NCBI GenBank assembly: GCA_945862145.1
Contig: CAMAXE010000027.1
Coordinates: 1,330 to 65,329 of the forward strand
Length of the DNA: 64,000 nt
Source of the DNA: Klebsiella pneumoniae
GTDB lineage: Bacteria; Pseudomonadota; Gammaproteobacteria; Pseudomonadales; UBA5518
Direction of reading: 5' to 3'
The notes under the pieces were generated by a model that made no database searches, was not told where the DNA came from, and worked only from the letters and a program-made list of their open reading frames with translations. A program made the translations under genes and the position numbers. Positions 11,616 through 20,894 of the stretch are shown here, piece after piece. Each line of letters begins with the position of its first letter. Positions within the stretch are counted from its first letter, which is position 1.

Positions 11616-11729
11616 GAACACACCAGCGTCTTCGCCGCGCATCCGCCGGCGAGCTCGGTGGTGATCGTGAAGGAATTGCTGCTGCCGGAACTGCTGATGG
11701 ACATCGAGGCAATCGCAAAAACCGCCTGA
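11616..11729 (+). pseudogene. C-terminal remnant of a RidA/YjgF/UK114-family gene
   Basis: Translates EHTSVFAAHPPASSVVIVKELLLPELLMDIEAIAKTA*, matching the RidA C-terminal pattern (PPAs.V.V..L..P..L.eIEA.A); no start codon and no N-terminal ~90 aa. Confidence 0.65.
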
Positions 11730-11808
11730 GAGCGGTCTTCCCGAGCACCGCCGGGGCCTATACTCCCCCTCGGCGTAACTCTCGGCGGCACAGAATAAGG
11801 ACACTGAG

Positions 11809-13881
11809 ATGAAACTGCGCACCAAGATCATGCTCTCCAGCGGGCTGCCGCTCCTCGTGGCCACGGTCGTCGCCAGCAGCTACCAGCTGTTCCAGTTCTA
11901 CCAAGCCAGGGTCGAACTGCAGTTAAGCCACCTGCGCGATGCCAACATCAAAGTTGCCCAGCGTGTCGATGCGACCAATTCACAGGCCCTCGACGCCGCC
12001 CGGATCATGGCGCTGGCGCAGCAAAGCGGGATGTTCGGCAATCGCAGTGCCTCGCTCGCATTCGCGAAAGATGTTCTGGAGCGTTTCCCGGCTTTTACCG
12101 CGGCATACGTCGGCTACGACCCCGATGCAGACGGGCAGGATGCCAAACCCCATCCCGACCTCAATCCGCGGGCCATGGATGCCGCCGGTCGATTCATACC
12201 CTACTGGTTCCGCGACCTGGCAGACCCGACCCGGATCATGCTGAATCCGCAGATAGATATGGATACCAGCTACTACTACCGCGGCCTGCGCAATCGAATG
12301 ATGGGCAAGCCGGAGGCAGAGGGCATCGTGCTCCCCGGCGGGATAAGCAAATTGTACGTGCCGTCCGACACACAAACGCTGAAAGCCTTGGGATACATTA
12401 TCACCGAGCCCTATCCGTATGAGGGCAAGTACATGGTGGAGCAGACGGCGCCGATAATGATCAACGGCGAGTTCGCCGGCTGGACCGGGGTCGACCGCTC
12501 GCTAGAGGACGTGGACGATTTCCTCAAGAAAACCGCTACATTCAAGTCGGAGCAATACCTGCTGGTCAGTCGACGTGGACGTGTCATCAGCGCCACCATG
12601 GACCCGACAATGCGGACACGTCTGATCGAAGACACGCCTTATCTCGAATATCTGAAGCCGCTCTACACCCGGGCCGTAAACGAAAGCATGATTCTCTTTA
12701 CTGACCCGGTCACGGGCGAACAGCGCTACCTGGCGGGCACCCGGATTCCCACGGGCGAGTGGTCGTTATGGATATCGGTAACCCGCGAGGAGGTGCTGGC
12801 TCCGGTGTGGAACAGCTTCCGGAAGGTTCTCTCGATCGTGGTGCTGGGCGCATTGCTCGCACTGGCCATATCGTTCCGGCTCGTGCGCAGTCCCATAGAG
12901 CGCGTGGAGCGGGCCGCGGCTGCCGCGGCGCGGGTGACCGCGGGCGATCTCACGACCGCAGCGAGCTCGGAGGTGCAGGACGAATCGGGCGTGCTGCTGC
13001 GCGGCCTTGGCGCCATGGTGACAGCGCTCTCCGGGCTGATCGGCAAGATCAAGGCCTCCGGCGTGCAGCTCACCTCCGCTGCCAACGACATCGCCGCGGC
13101 CGCCAACAGGCAGCGCGAGATCACCGCCGGATTCGGCGCCTCCACCAGCCAGATAGCCGCCTCCATCACCGAAATCAGCGCCACCTCGCGGGAACTGCTG
13201 CAGACCATGCACGAGGTGGCGAGCGCGAGCAACGACACCGCTGCCGTGGCCAACCGCGGGCGTGGGGATCTCGAACGCATGGAATCGACCATGCAGGCGC
13301 TGGCCAGTGCTACGGCCTCGATCTCGTCCAAGCTCGCCGTGATCGCCGAACGGGCGAACAACATCGGCGCCGTCGTGACCACAATCAGCAAGGTGGCCGA
13401 GCAGACCAACCTGTTATCGCTGAACGCCGCCATCGAGGCGGAGAAAGCGGGCGAGTACGGACTTGGATTCTCCGTGGTGGCGCGTGAAATCCGCCGTCTG
13501 GCAGACCAGACCGATGTCGCCACGCTCGATATCGGGCGCATCGTCACCGAGATGCGCAGCGCCGTGTCCAGCGGCGTCATGGAGATGGACCGCTTCGGCG
13601 AGCAAGTGCGCCGCGGTGTGTCCGAGGCCACCGAACTGGGCGTGCAACTCGCGGAGATTATCGAGGGCGTGGAGCGCCTCAAGCCCCGTTTCGAATCCGC
13701 GCACCAGGGCATGCAGGCCCAGGTCGCCGGCGCGGGCCAGATCAGCGACGCCATGCTGCAGCTTCGCGAGGTGGCGGTGATCTCCGGGGAGTCCTCGCAG
13801 GCCCTTGCCGATACTTCCGGGCAACTGCTCCAGGCGGTAGATGCATTACGCGACGAAATCGTCCGCTTCCACACGGCCTGA
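11809..13881 (+). CDS. Methyl-accepting chemoreceptor (TM-dCache-TM-HAMP-MA), WspA position
   Basis: Two TM segments; periplasmic GRFIPYW...ITEPYPYE...GVD; signalling tip VAEQTNLLSLNAAIEAEKAGEYGLGFSVVAREIRRLADQT (WspA/ACF-type). Confidence 0.95.
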   Translation: MKLRTKIMLSSGLPLLVATVVASSYQLFQFYQARVELQLSHLRDANIKVAQRVDATNSQALDAARIMALAQQSGMFGNRSASLAFAKDVLERFPAFTAAYVGYDPDADGQDAKPHPDLNPRAMDAAGRFIPYWFRDLADPTRIMLNPQIDMDTSYYYRGLRNRMMGKPEAEGIVLPGGISKLYVPSDTQTLKALGYIITEPYPYEGKYMVEQTAPIMINGEFAGWTGVDRSLEDVDDFLKKTATFKSEQYLLVSRRGRVISATMDPTMRTRLIEDTPYLEYLKPLYTRAVNESMILFTDPVTGEQRYLAGTRIPTGEWSLWISVTREEVLAPVWNSFRKVLSIVVLGALLALAISFRLVRSPIERVERAAAAAARVTAGDLTTAASSEVQDESGVLLRGLGAMVTALSGLIGKIKASGVQLTSAANDIAAAANRQREITAGFGASTSQIAASITEISATSRELLQTMHEVASASNDTAAVANRGRGDLERMESTMQALASATASISSKLAVIAERANNIGAVVTTISKVAEQTNLLSLNAAIEAEKAGEYGLGFSVVAREIRRLADQTDVATLDIGRIVTEMRSAVSSGVMEMDRFGEQVRRGVSEATELGVQLAEIIEGVERLKPRFESAHQGMQAQVAGAGQISDAMLQLREVAVISGESSQALADTSGQLLQAVDALRDEIVRFHTA

Positions 13882-13891
13882 ACCCGACACA

Positions 13892-14350
13892 ATGCTTGCA
13901 CTGCTCTTTCGTATCGGTACCGAGCGCTACGCCATCAGGGCGCGGGGGGTGCTGGCCGTGGTGCCTGATGTAGCCCTGCGCGCCGCACCCGGCACGCCGC
14001 GCGGAGTGGCAGGGATACTCGCCTACGGCGGACAGCTGGTACCGGTGGTCGACCTGGCGCAGATGCTTGCCGCGGAGTCGGCGCGAGCGCGACTCAGCAC
14101 GCGGATCGTGGTGGCGCACTACGAATCAGGGCCCGACGGCGCACTGATCGGTCTGCGCGTCGAGCAGGCAGGCGATGCCGAGGACATCCCGGAGAGCGCC
14201 ATGGTCGATCCCCTGCTCCACGCCCGCGACGCGCCCTGGCTGGGCGCACTGGCCAGGCATCAGGGCGAATTGCTCCAGATCGTTGAGATCGCGCACCTGC
14301 TGAGCACGGAGCTGCGTGCCGCGCTCTATCCGACCGCAGGCAAACCATGA
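13892..14350 (+). CDS. wspB: CheW-like adaptor (WspB homolog)
   Basis: MLALLFRIGTERYA...GVAGILAYGGQLVPVVDL...STRIVV; position directly after the MCP. Confidence 0.85.
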   Translation: MLALLFRIGTERYAIRARGVLAVVPDVALRAAPGTPRGVAGILAYGGQLVPVVDLAQMLAAESARARLSTRIVVAHYESGPDGALIGLRVEQAGDAEDIPESAMVDPLLHARDAPWLGALARHQGELLQIVEIAHLLSTELRAALYPTAGKP

Positions 14351-15576
14351 GAAGCCTCCTGCAGATCGCCCGCAGCCTCTGCGACGAAGCGGGCTTCGAT
14401 CACCAGGTGGTGAACGATCTCCAGCTGCAGGCCGCCGTGCGGCGCTGCTACGGAAATTCCCCCGCTACCGGGGACGATGCACAACGCCTCGAGAACGATG
14501 CCGCGGCCCGCACGGCACTGCTCGAGGAATTGCTGGTCCGCGAGAGCTGGTTCTACCGCGACCAGCGCCCCTTCGAAATGCTCGAGCGAATGGTGCCCGG
14601 GGAGTGGCGGCAGCGCAGCTCACCTCTGCACATCCTGAGCGCCCCCTGCGCCGCAGGGGAGGAGCCCTATTCCATCGGCATGGCCCTGATGCTGGGTGGA
14701 ATGCCCCCGCAGGGATTCCGGATCGAGGCGGTGGATCTCAGCGTGCAGGGGCTGGCCACGGCACGCGCAGGGCGCTATCGGTCCGGCGCCCTGCGCGCCG
14801 TGCCGGCCCGTGCCGAGGGGATCTGCTTCCGCCGCACACCCGAGGGCGACTGCGTGGTGGAAGAAGCATTGCGCGAACGCGTCTGGTTCCACCGCGGCAA
14901 CCTGCTAGAACCCGGCATGCTGTCGGGCGAGCCGCGCTTTGACATCATTTTCTGCCGCAACCTTTTCATTTACCTGCACACCGCTGCACGTCAGGCGCTG
15001 CTCGACGCCCTTGAGCGCGTCCTGGCGCCCGAAGGATTGCTGGTCGTGGGCCATGCGGAGGCTGCCCTGCTGCGCGATCGCGCCTTCGAGCGGCAGGGGT
15101 CCGCTGGATGCTTCGCGTTCCGGCGCATACCGGCTGGATCACGACCGGTCTATGACACCCCCCCCGCAGCCCCGACGCCACGGCGCGTGAGCCCGAAGAA
15201 ACCTGCGCGCAGTCCGGCACAGGTAGAACGGCCAGCCATGCCGAGGCACCCGGCGCCAGCGCGCGATACGGGCCCGCAGCTCGCGCAGGCGCGCGCGCTG
15301 GCCGATCACGGCAACTACGCCGAGGCTTGCCTGCTCACGCAGGCGCTGCTCGCGGTGAACCCGGCATTAGTGGAGGCACAGCACCTGATGGGGCTCCTGA
15401 ACGCGGCCGAAGGCGCCCTCGCCGAGGCGCGGCGCTGCCTCGAGCGCGCCCTCTACCTCGACCCGGCCCACGTGCCCAGTCTCGAGCATCTCGCGTTACT
15501 GGCCGAATCGGCCGGCGATGGACCGGGCGCAGCGCGCCTGCGTGAGCGCGCCGCGCGTGCCGGAGCCATGGCATGA
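14347..15576 (+). CDS. wspC: CheR methyltransferase with C-terminal TPR (WspC homolog)
   Basis: ESWFYRD, SAPCAAGEEPYS, FDIIFCRNLFIY, GHAE; C-terminal TPR (ERALYLDPAH); ATGA overlap with the upstream gene. Confidence 0.92.
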   Translation: MRSLLQIARSLCDEAGFDHQVVNDLQLQAAVRRCYGNSPATGDDAQRLENDAAARTALLEELLVRESWFYRDQRPFEMLERMVPGEWRQRSSPLHILSAPCAAGEEPYSIGMALMLGGMPPQGFRIEAVDLSVQGLATARAGRYRSGALRAVPARAEGICFRRTPEGDCVVEEALRERVWFHRGNLLEPGMLSGEPRFDIIFCRNLFIYLHTAARQALLDALERVLAPEGLLVVGHAEAALLRDRAFERQGSAGCFAFRRIPAGSRPVYDTPPAAPTPRRVSPKKPARSPAQVERPAMPRHPAPARDTGPQLAQARALADHGNYAEACLLTQALLAVNPALVEAQHLMGLLNAAEGALAEARRCLERALYLDPAHVPSLEHLALLAESAGDGPGAARLRERAARAGAMA

Positions 15577-16238
15577 ACTCCGGGATCAAGGACACGGCAG
15601 CGTGCCGCAACACCATTGGCGTCTGGGGCGACCGCAGCTGCACGGAGCTCGCATTGCACGGCCACTGCCGTAATTGCCCGGTGTTCGCGCGGGCAGGGCG
15701 TGCCCTGCTCGAGCGCACGGCGCCCGCGGGTTATCTCGAGGAGTGGCACGAGCGCATCGCCACACCGCGCAGCGTCGAGGAGCGCGGCGCCAGGCTCTCG
15801 CTCATCATTTTCCGTCTCGGCTCGGAGTGGTATGCACTGCCCACCGCGCGGGTCCGCGAAGTACTGGATCCGCTGCAGCCGCACCGGGTGCCGCATCGCA
15901 ACCACCCGGCGTTCCGAGGGCTGGTGAACGTGCGCAGCGAGCTCCTGCCCTGCGTCGACCTGCAGCGCCTGATCGGCGCCGGCGAGGCGCCCGCTGATGC
16001 GGCCCGCGCCTGGTCCCGCACCCTTGTACTCGAGCGCGATGGGGCGGCCTGGTGTTTCGAAACCGCCGAGATCGAGCGCATCGAGCAGGTGGCGGAGTCG
16101 GCGCTGGTAGTTCCCCCCGTGTCGCTGGAGCTGGCGACGCCCGCCTTCACGGCGCGCCTCTTCGCGGGACCGCGCGGCGACACCGGTCTGCTCGATGACG
16201 AACTGCTCTTCCATGCCCTGAGGGAGCTCTGCCGGTGA
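15573..16238 (+). CDS. wspD: CheW-like adaptor with Cys-rich N-terminus (WspD homolog)
   Basis: CRNTIGVWGDRSC..L..HGHCRNCPVF N-terminus characteristic of WspD; GLVNVRSELLPCVDL. Confidence 0.9.
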   Translation: MNSGIKDTAACRNTIGVWGDRSCTELALHGHCRNCPVFARAGRALLERTAPAGYLEEWHERIATPRSVEERGARLSLIIFRLGSEWYALPTARVREVLDPLQPHRVPHRNHPAFRGLVNVRSELLPCVDLQRLIGAGEAPADAARAWSRTLVLERDGAAWCFETAEIERIEQVAESALVVPPVSLELATPAFTARLFAGPRGDTGLLDDELLFHALRELCR

Positions 16239-18583
16239 GCACGGACGACTTCGACACCACCATGCTCGAGCTCTTCCGCGAAGAGGCGGATACGCAGCTC
16301 GGCGCACTCTCCGAGGCGCTGGTGGCGCTGGAAACCGCAGCCGAACCACGCGCCTTGCTTGATGACCTGATGCGCGCCGCGCACTCCATGAAGGGCGCTG
16401 CACGCATCGTCGGACTGGATCCCGTGGTCAAGCTGGCGCACTCGGCGGAGGACATCTTCGTTGCCGCGCTGCGCGGCGAACTGCAGATCGGGGCGGGCGC
16501 CGTGGATGTGCTGCTCACCACCTCCGATCTGATCGGGGCCATCGCGCGCGGCGAAGGCGAGCCACTGGGGGCGCGCGGCGCCGAGATCACCGCTTTGCTG
16601 GAGCAGCTCGCCGCCGTGCGGCGCGGCGAATCGTCGGCCAGCAGGCAGGTACCGCAGGCGGCCGGAGAGGCATCCGTGGCGGCGGCATCGGAGCCGCCCG
16701 CAACCGCGATCGCCCTGACACCTGCACCCGAGGCCGCCGCGGAAACGGCTCCGTCCGTGGTCGAGCCGCAGGGGCCGGCCGAGGCGCGGGCACCGGTAGA
16801 AGCAGCGGCCGGCGGCTCGACCCGCGTGGGCGCTACCAACTCGGTGCGCATGAGCACCGAAACCCTCGCTCGTCTCACCGCGCTCGGCGCCGAGGCCTTC
16901 GTGGAGGGAGCCCGCATCGAGCAGATCGTCGACGACGCGCCGCAGCTGCGCGAGCGCCAGCGTGTGCTCCAGGACACCCTGGAGAGGATGCGACGCGAGC
17001 TGCGCAGCGATGCCGATACAGCACGCTTCACCGACACGCTCGAAGAAGCCATCGTCCAGATGGATGCCTGCAAGAACCTCCTTGGCGAGCGCGAGGCACG
17101 CATCGAGCAGTACGCCCGGCGCGCGGTCAGCCTGGCGAGTCGCCTCTCGCGCGAGACGCTGGCGAGCCGGATGCTGCCCTTCGGCTCGATCCTGCGCGGC
17201 TACCCGCGGCTGGTGCGCGATCTGGCTCGTGAACTGGGCAAGCGCTGCCGGCTGGAATTGAAAGGCGAGCACACCCAGATCGATCGTGAAATCCTCGATC
17301 GCCTCGACACCGCACTCAACCACATCGTCCGCAATGCACTTGACCACGGGCTGGAGGATCCGCAGCAGCGGGAATCCGTGGGCAAGATCCCCGAGGGCCG
17401 GCTCGCCATTGAGGCACACCACCGTGCCGGCAGATTGCATGTGACGGTGCAGGACGATGGCCGCGGCATAAATGCCGAGAAGCTCCGCGAGGCTGTAGTG
17501 GCACGCGGACTCGAAAACGCGCAGAACGCCGCCGCGCTGTCGGCTGAAGAGCTGCACGAGTTCCTGTTCCTGCCCGGTTTCTCGACGGCGGCGCGACTGA
17601 CCGAAATCTCGGGGCGCGGCGTGGGCCTGGACGCCGTGCGCACCATGGTGCAGGAGGCCGGCGGCAGCATCACTCTGACCAGCACGCCGGGCAAGGGAAC
17701 CCGCTTCGACCTCGAGCTGCCCGTCACGCGCTCGGTGGCGCGGGTGCTGCTGGTGCGCATCGCGGGAGACGCCTACGCACTGCCGATCGCACGCATCGAG
17801 CGGGCGCTGGCGCTGGGACACGATGGCCTGAAGAGCCTCGAGGGACGCAGCTATTTCGAGTCCGCCGGCGAACGCGTGGCGCTGGTGCCCGCCGCCGAGA
17901 TCCTCGACCTCGGCGAGGCGCAGTGGAACCCGGAGTCCCTGCGCGTGGTGGTGTTGCGTGAAGGCAGCCGCTGCTACGGTCTGGTGGTCGACGCCTTCAC
18001 GGGAGAGCGCGAATTGCTGGTGCGCCCGGTCGATCCGCGCTTCGGCGAGATCCCGGACGTGGCTGCACTTTCTACCGACGAGAACGGCGCCATCGTGGTG
18101 ATCCTGGATGTCGATCAGCTGCTGCGCTCGATGGACGGGCTGATCACGGGGGGCCGGCTGCAGCGCCGCGGCAATGCCGGTGGCGCCGCGGAGCGTGCAA
18201 CCAAGCGGATCCTGGTGGTCGATGACTCGCTCACGGTGCGCCAGGCAGAGCGCCAGCTGCTGGAAAACCGCGGCTACAGCGTGGACGTGGCGGTTGACGG
18301 GCTGGAGGGCTGGAGCGCGGTGCGCCTCGCCGAATACGACCTGGTGGTGACCGATGTGGACATGCCACGCATGAACGGCATCGAGCTGGTGCGCAAGATC
18401 CGCCAGGAAGGCCGCAACCGCGAAATCCCCATCGTCATCGTCTCCTACAAGGACCGCGAGGAAGACCGCCTGCGGGGCCTCGAGGCCGGCGCCAACCATT
18501 ACCTTGCCAAGGGCGGTTTCCGGGACACCGCCCTGATCGAGGTGGTGCAGGATCTGATAGGTGGGCCGGAGCGCGAGCCTTGA
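16235..18583 (+). CDS. wspE: Hybrid CheA kinase HPt-HATPase-CheW-REC (WspE homolog)
   Basis: MRAAHSMKGAARIVG (HPt), RNALDHGLE, DDGRGI, LPGFSTA, SGRGVGLD, C-terminal REC (VVDDS, TDVDMP). Confidence 0.95.
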   Translation: MSTDDFDTTMLELFREEADTQLGALSEALVALETAAEPRALLDDLMRAAHSMKGAARIVGLDPVVKLAHSAEDIFVAALRGELQIGAGAVDVLLTTSDLIGAIARGEGEPLGARGAEITALLEQLAAVRRGESSASRQVPQAAGEASVAAASEPPATAIALTPAPEAAAETAPSVVEPQGPAEARAPVEAAAGGSTRVGATNSVRMSTETLARLTALGAEAFVEGARIEQIVDDAPQLRERQRVLQDTLERMRRELRSDADTARFTDTLEEAIVQMDACKNLLGEREARIEQYARRAVSLASRLSRETLASRMLPFGSILRGYPRLVRDLARELGKRCRLELKGEHTQIDREILDRLDTALNHIVRNALDHGLEDPQQRESVGKIPEGRLAIEAHHRAGRLHVTVQDDGRGINAEKLREAVVARGLENAQNAAALSAEELHEFLFLPGFSTAARLTEISGRGVGLDAVRTMVQEAGGSITLTSTPGKGTRFDLELPVTRSVARVLLVRIAGDAYALPIARIERALALGHDGLKSLEGRSYFESAGERVALVPAAEILDLGEAQWNPESLRVVVLREGSRCYGLVVDAFTGERELLVRPVDPRFGEIPDVAALSTDENGAIVVILDVDQLLRSMDGLITGGRLQRRGNAGGAAERATKRILVVDDSLTVRQAERQLLENRGYSVDVAVDGLEGWSAVRLAEYDLVVTDVDMPRMNGIELVRKIRQEGRNREIPIVIVSYKDREEDRLRGLEAGANHYLAKGGFRDTALIEVVQDLIGGPEREP

Positions 18584-19623
18584 GTCTGCGCGTGGGCATC
18601 GTGAACGATATGCGGCTGGCCGCCGAAGTGTTGCGCCTCGCCGTGACCGCGGACCCGGGGCTCGCGGTGGCCTGGATCGCCGCCAACGGCAACGAAGCCG
18701 TCGCGCGCTGTGCCGAGAACCTACCCGATGTCGTGCTGATGGATCTCGTCATGCCGGTGCTGAACGGCGTCGAAGCCACACGCCGCATCATGCGCGAGAC
18801 GCCCTGCCCGATCCTGATCGTCACATCCACAATCGACGGCCACCTCGACATGGTCTACGAGGCGATGGGCTGCGGCGCGCTGGACGTAGTTACCACGCCG
18901 GTGGTGGGCGACAGCCGCGCCTCCGACGATGGCTCGATGCTGCGGCGCAAGATCCACGCCCTTTGCAGTACGGGCCCGGCGGGGCGTCGCGCGACGCCGG
19001 CCGCGACGCCGGCAAACGGCAGCGCACAACAGCGCACCGGAGCCGGGCTGCCGCCCCTGCTCGCCGTGGGTGCCTCCACCGGCGGGCCCGCCGCGCTGGC
19101 GGCCATACTCGCCGCGCTGCCGGCAGACTTCCCCGCCGCCGTGGTGATCGCGCAGCACATCGATGCCGCCTTCGTGGGCGGACTCGCCGACTGGCTCGGC
19201 ACCCGGAGCAAGCTGCCCGTGGCACTGGCGCGGGCCGGGGACCGGCTGCGTATCGGGCACGTGCTGGTGGCCGATTCATCCGCCCACCTGGTGCTGCGAC
19301 ATGGCGGCCTGCTCGATTACAGCACCGAGCCGCGCGAGTCCTTCCACCATCCCTCGATCGATACATTCTTCGACAGTGCCGCACGCAACGCGCCCCCCGG
19401 GAGCCTCGCGATGCTGCTGACCGGCATGGGCCGTGACGGCGCCGAGGGCTTGCTGGCAATGCGCCGGGCCGGTTTCCGCACGATCGCGCAGGACGCGGCC
19501 AGCTCGGTGGTGTACGGTATGCCCCGCGCCGCAGCCGAACTGGATGCGGCCATGACGGTGGCCCCGCTCGAGACCATTCCGGCGCTTCTCCAGCAGGCAT
19601 TCACCAGAGGTGCAAGCACATGA
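18580..19623 (+). CDS. wspF: CheB methylesterase (WspF homolog)
   Basis: REC domain (IVND, LMDLVMP) plus catalytic GASTGG, AQHID, LTGMGRDG, VYGMP. Confidence 0.93.
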   Translation: MSLRVGIVNDMRLAAEVLRLAVTADPGLAVAWIAANGNEAVARCAENLPDVVLMDLVMPVLNGVEATRRIMRETPCPILIVTSTIDGHLDMVYEAMGCGALDVVTTPVVGDSRASDDGSMLRRKIHALCSTGPAGRRATPAATPANGSAQQRTGAGLPPLLAVGASTGGPAALAAILAALPADFPAAVVIAQHIDAAFVGGLADWLGTRSKLPVALARAGDRLRIGHVLVADSSAHLVLRHGGLLDYSTEPRESFHHPSIDTFFDSAARNAPPGSLAMLLTGMGRDGAEGLLAMRRAGFRTIAQDAASSVVYGMPRAAAELDAAMTVAPLETIPALLQQAFTRGAST

Positions 19624-20810
19624 TTGATACCCCCCCGGGCGTCGCTGCCAGCTATGCCATCCGGGTGCTGCTGATCGATGACCAGCGCATGGTGGGCGAG
19701 GCCGTTCGTCGCATGCTGGTGGACGAGCCCGGGCTTGTCTTCGAGTACTGCCAGAAGCCCGAGGACGCTGTGGCTACCGCCGAGCGCTTCGGGCCCACCG
19801 TGATCCTGCAGGATCTGGTGATGCCCGCCATCGACGGGCTCACGCTGGTCGACCGTTACCGCGCTAATCCGCAGTTGCGCGAGGTGCCCACCATCGTGCT
19901 CTCGAGTCAGGAGGAGCCACTGGTGAAGGCCGAAGCATTCGCGCGTGGCGCCAACGACTACCTGGTGAAACTCCCCGATCGCATCGAGTTGCTGGCGCGT
20001 ATCCGGCACCACTCCAAGGGCTACATCCACCTGCTAGAGCGCAACGAGGCCTTTGCGGCGCTCGCCGAGAGCCAGCGCGCGCTGGCAGCGGAGCTTGCCG
20101 AGGCGGCCGAATACGTGCGCTCGCTGCTGCCCGCCCCGATGAGCGGTGCGCTCGCAGTGCGCTGGGACTTCGAGTCCTGTTCCTCCGTGGGCGGGGATTC
20201 CTTCGGTTACCACTGGATCGACGACGACCACTTCGCCGCGTACCTGCTGGATGTCTGCGGTCACGGCGTGGGCGCCGCACTGCTGTCGGTGTCGGCGATG
20301 AACACGCTCTCCGGTCGGACCCTGCGCAATGTGGATTTCCGCGACCCCGACACGGTGCTGGCGCGCCTGAACGAGGTGTTCGCGATGGAGCGCCACAACA
20401 ACATGTACTTCACGATCTGGTACGGCGTGTATCACCGCGGCACGCGGAAACTCCGCTATGCCACCGCCGGCCATCCGCCCTCGCTGCTCTATACGGCCTC
20501 CGGGGACGGCGAGGCCGAGCGCCTCATCACACCCGCACTGCCGATAGGCTTCGTGCCGGACGTGGACTACACGGTGGCCGAAACGCATATACCGCCCGGC
20601 AGTCGGCTCTACTTGCTGAGCGATGGCGTCTACGAAGTGCAGCTGCCCAACGGCGAGGAGATGCGCTTCGACGACTTCGTGCCGCTGCTGCAGAGTCCGC
20701 CACCGGCAGGCCCCGAGGGTCTGCGTGGCATCCGCGCGGCCGTCGCCGCGCTGCAAGGACGCGAGCGCTTCGACGATGACTTCTCACTGGTCGAGATCAT
20801 CTTTGCCTGA
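19620..20810 (+). CDS. Response regulator: WspR-type REC fused to SpoIIE/PP2C (RsbU-like) serine phosphatase
   Basis: REC with PTVILQDLVMP, GANDYLVKLPD..ELLARIRHHS; coiled coil; PP2C motifs VGGDSFG, DVCGHGVGAAL, AGHPP, LSDGVYE, FDDDFS. Confidence 0.93.
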   Translation: MIDTPPGVAASYAIRVLLIDDQRMVGEAVRRMLVDEPGLVFEYCQKPEDAVATAERFGPTVILQDLVMPAIDGLTLVDRYRANPQLREVPTIVLSSQEEPLVKAEAFARGANDYLVKLPDRIELLARIRHHSKGYIHLLERNEAFAALAESQRALAAELAEAAEYVRSLLPAPMSGALAVRWDFESCSSVGGDSFGYHWIDDDHFAAYLLDVCGHGVGAALLSVSAMNTLSGRTLRNVDFRDPDTVLARLNEVFAMERHNNMYFTIWYGVYHRGTRKLRYATAGHPPSLLYTASGDGEAERLITPALPIGFVPDVDYTVAETHIPPGSRLYLLSDGVYEVQLPNGEEMRFDDFVPLLQSPPPAGPEGLRGIRAAVAALQGRERFDDDFSLVEIIFA

Positions 20811-20894
20811 GCCTACCGCCTTATTGCGCCGCCGCGCATTCCGGTGCCATATTTCAGAGCCAAAGCATCCCCCCACCCACCGGAGCCCCCCCGA

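Noticed and set aside
15731-18499. 922-aa minus-strand ORF
   Set aside because: Antisense shadow of wspD and wspE.
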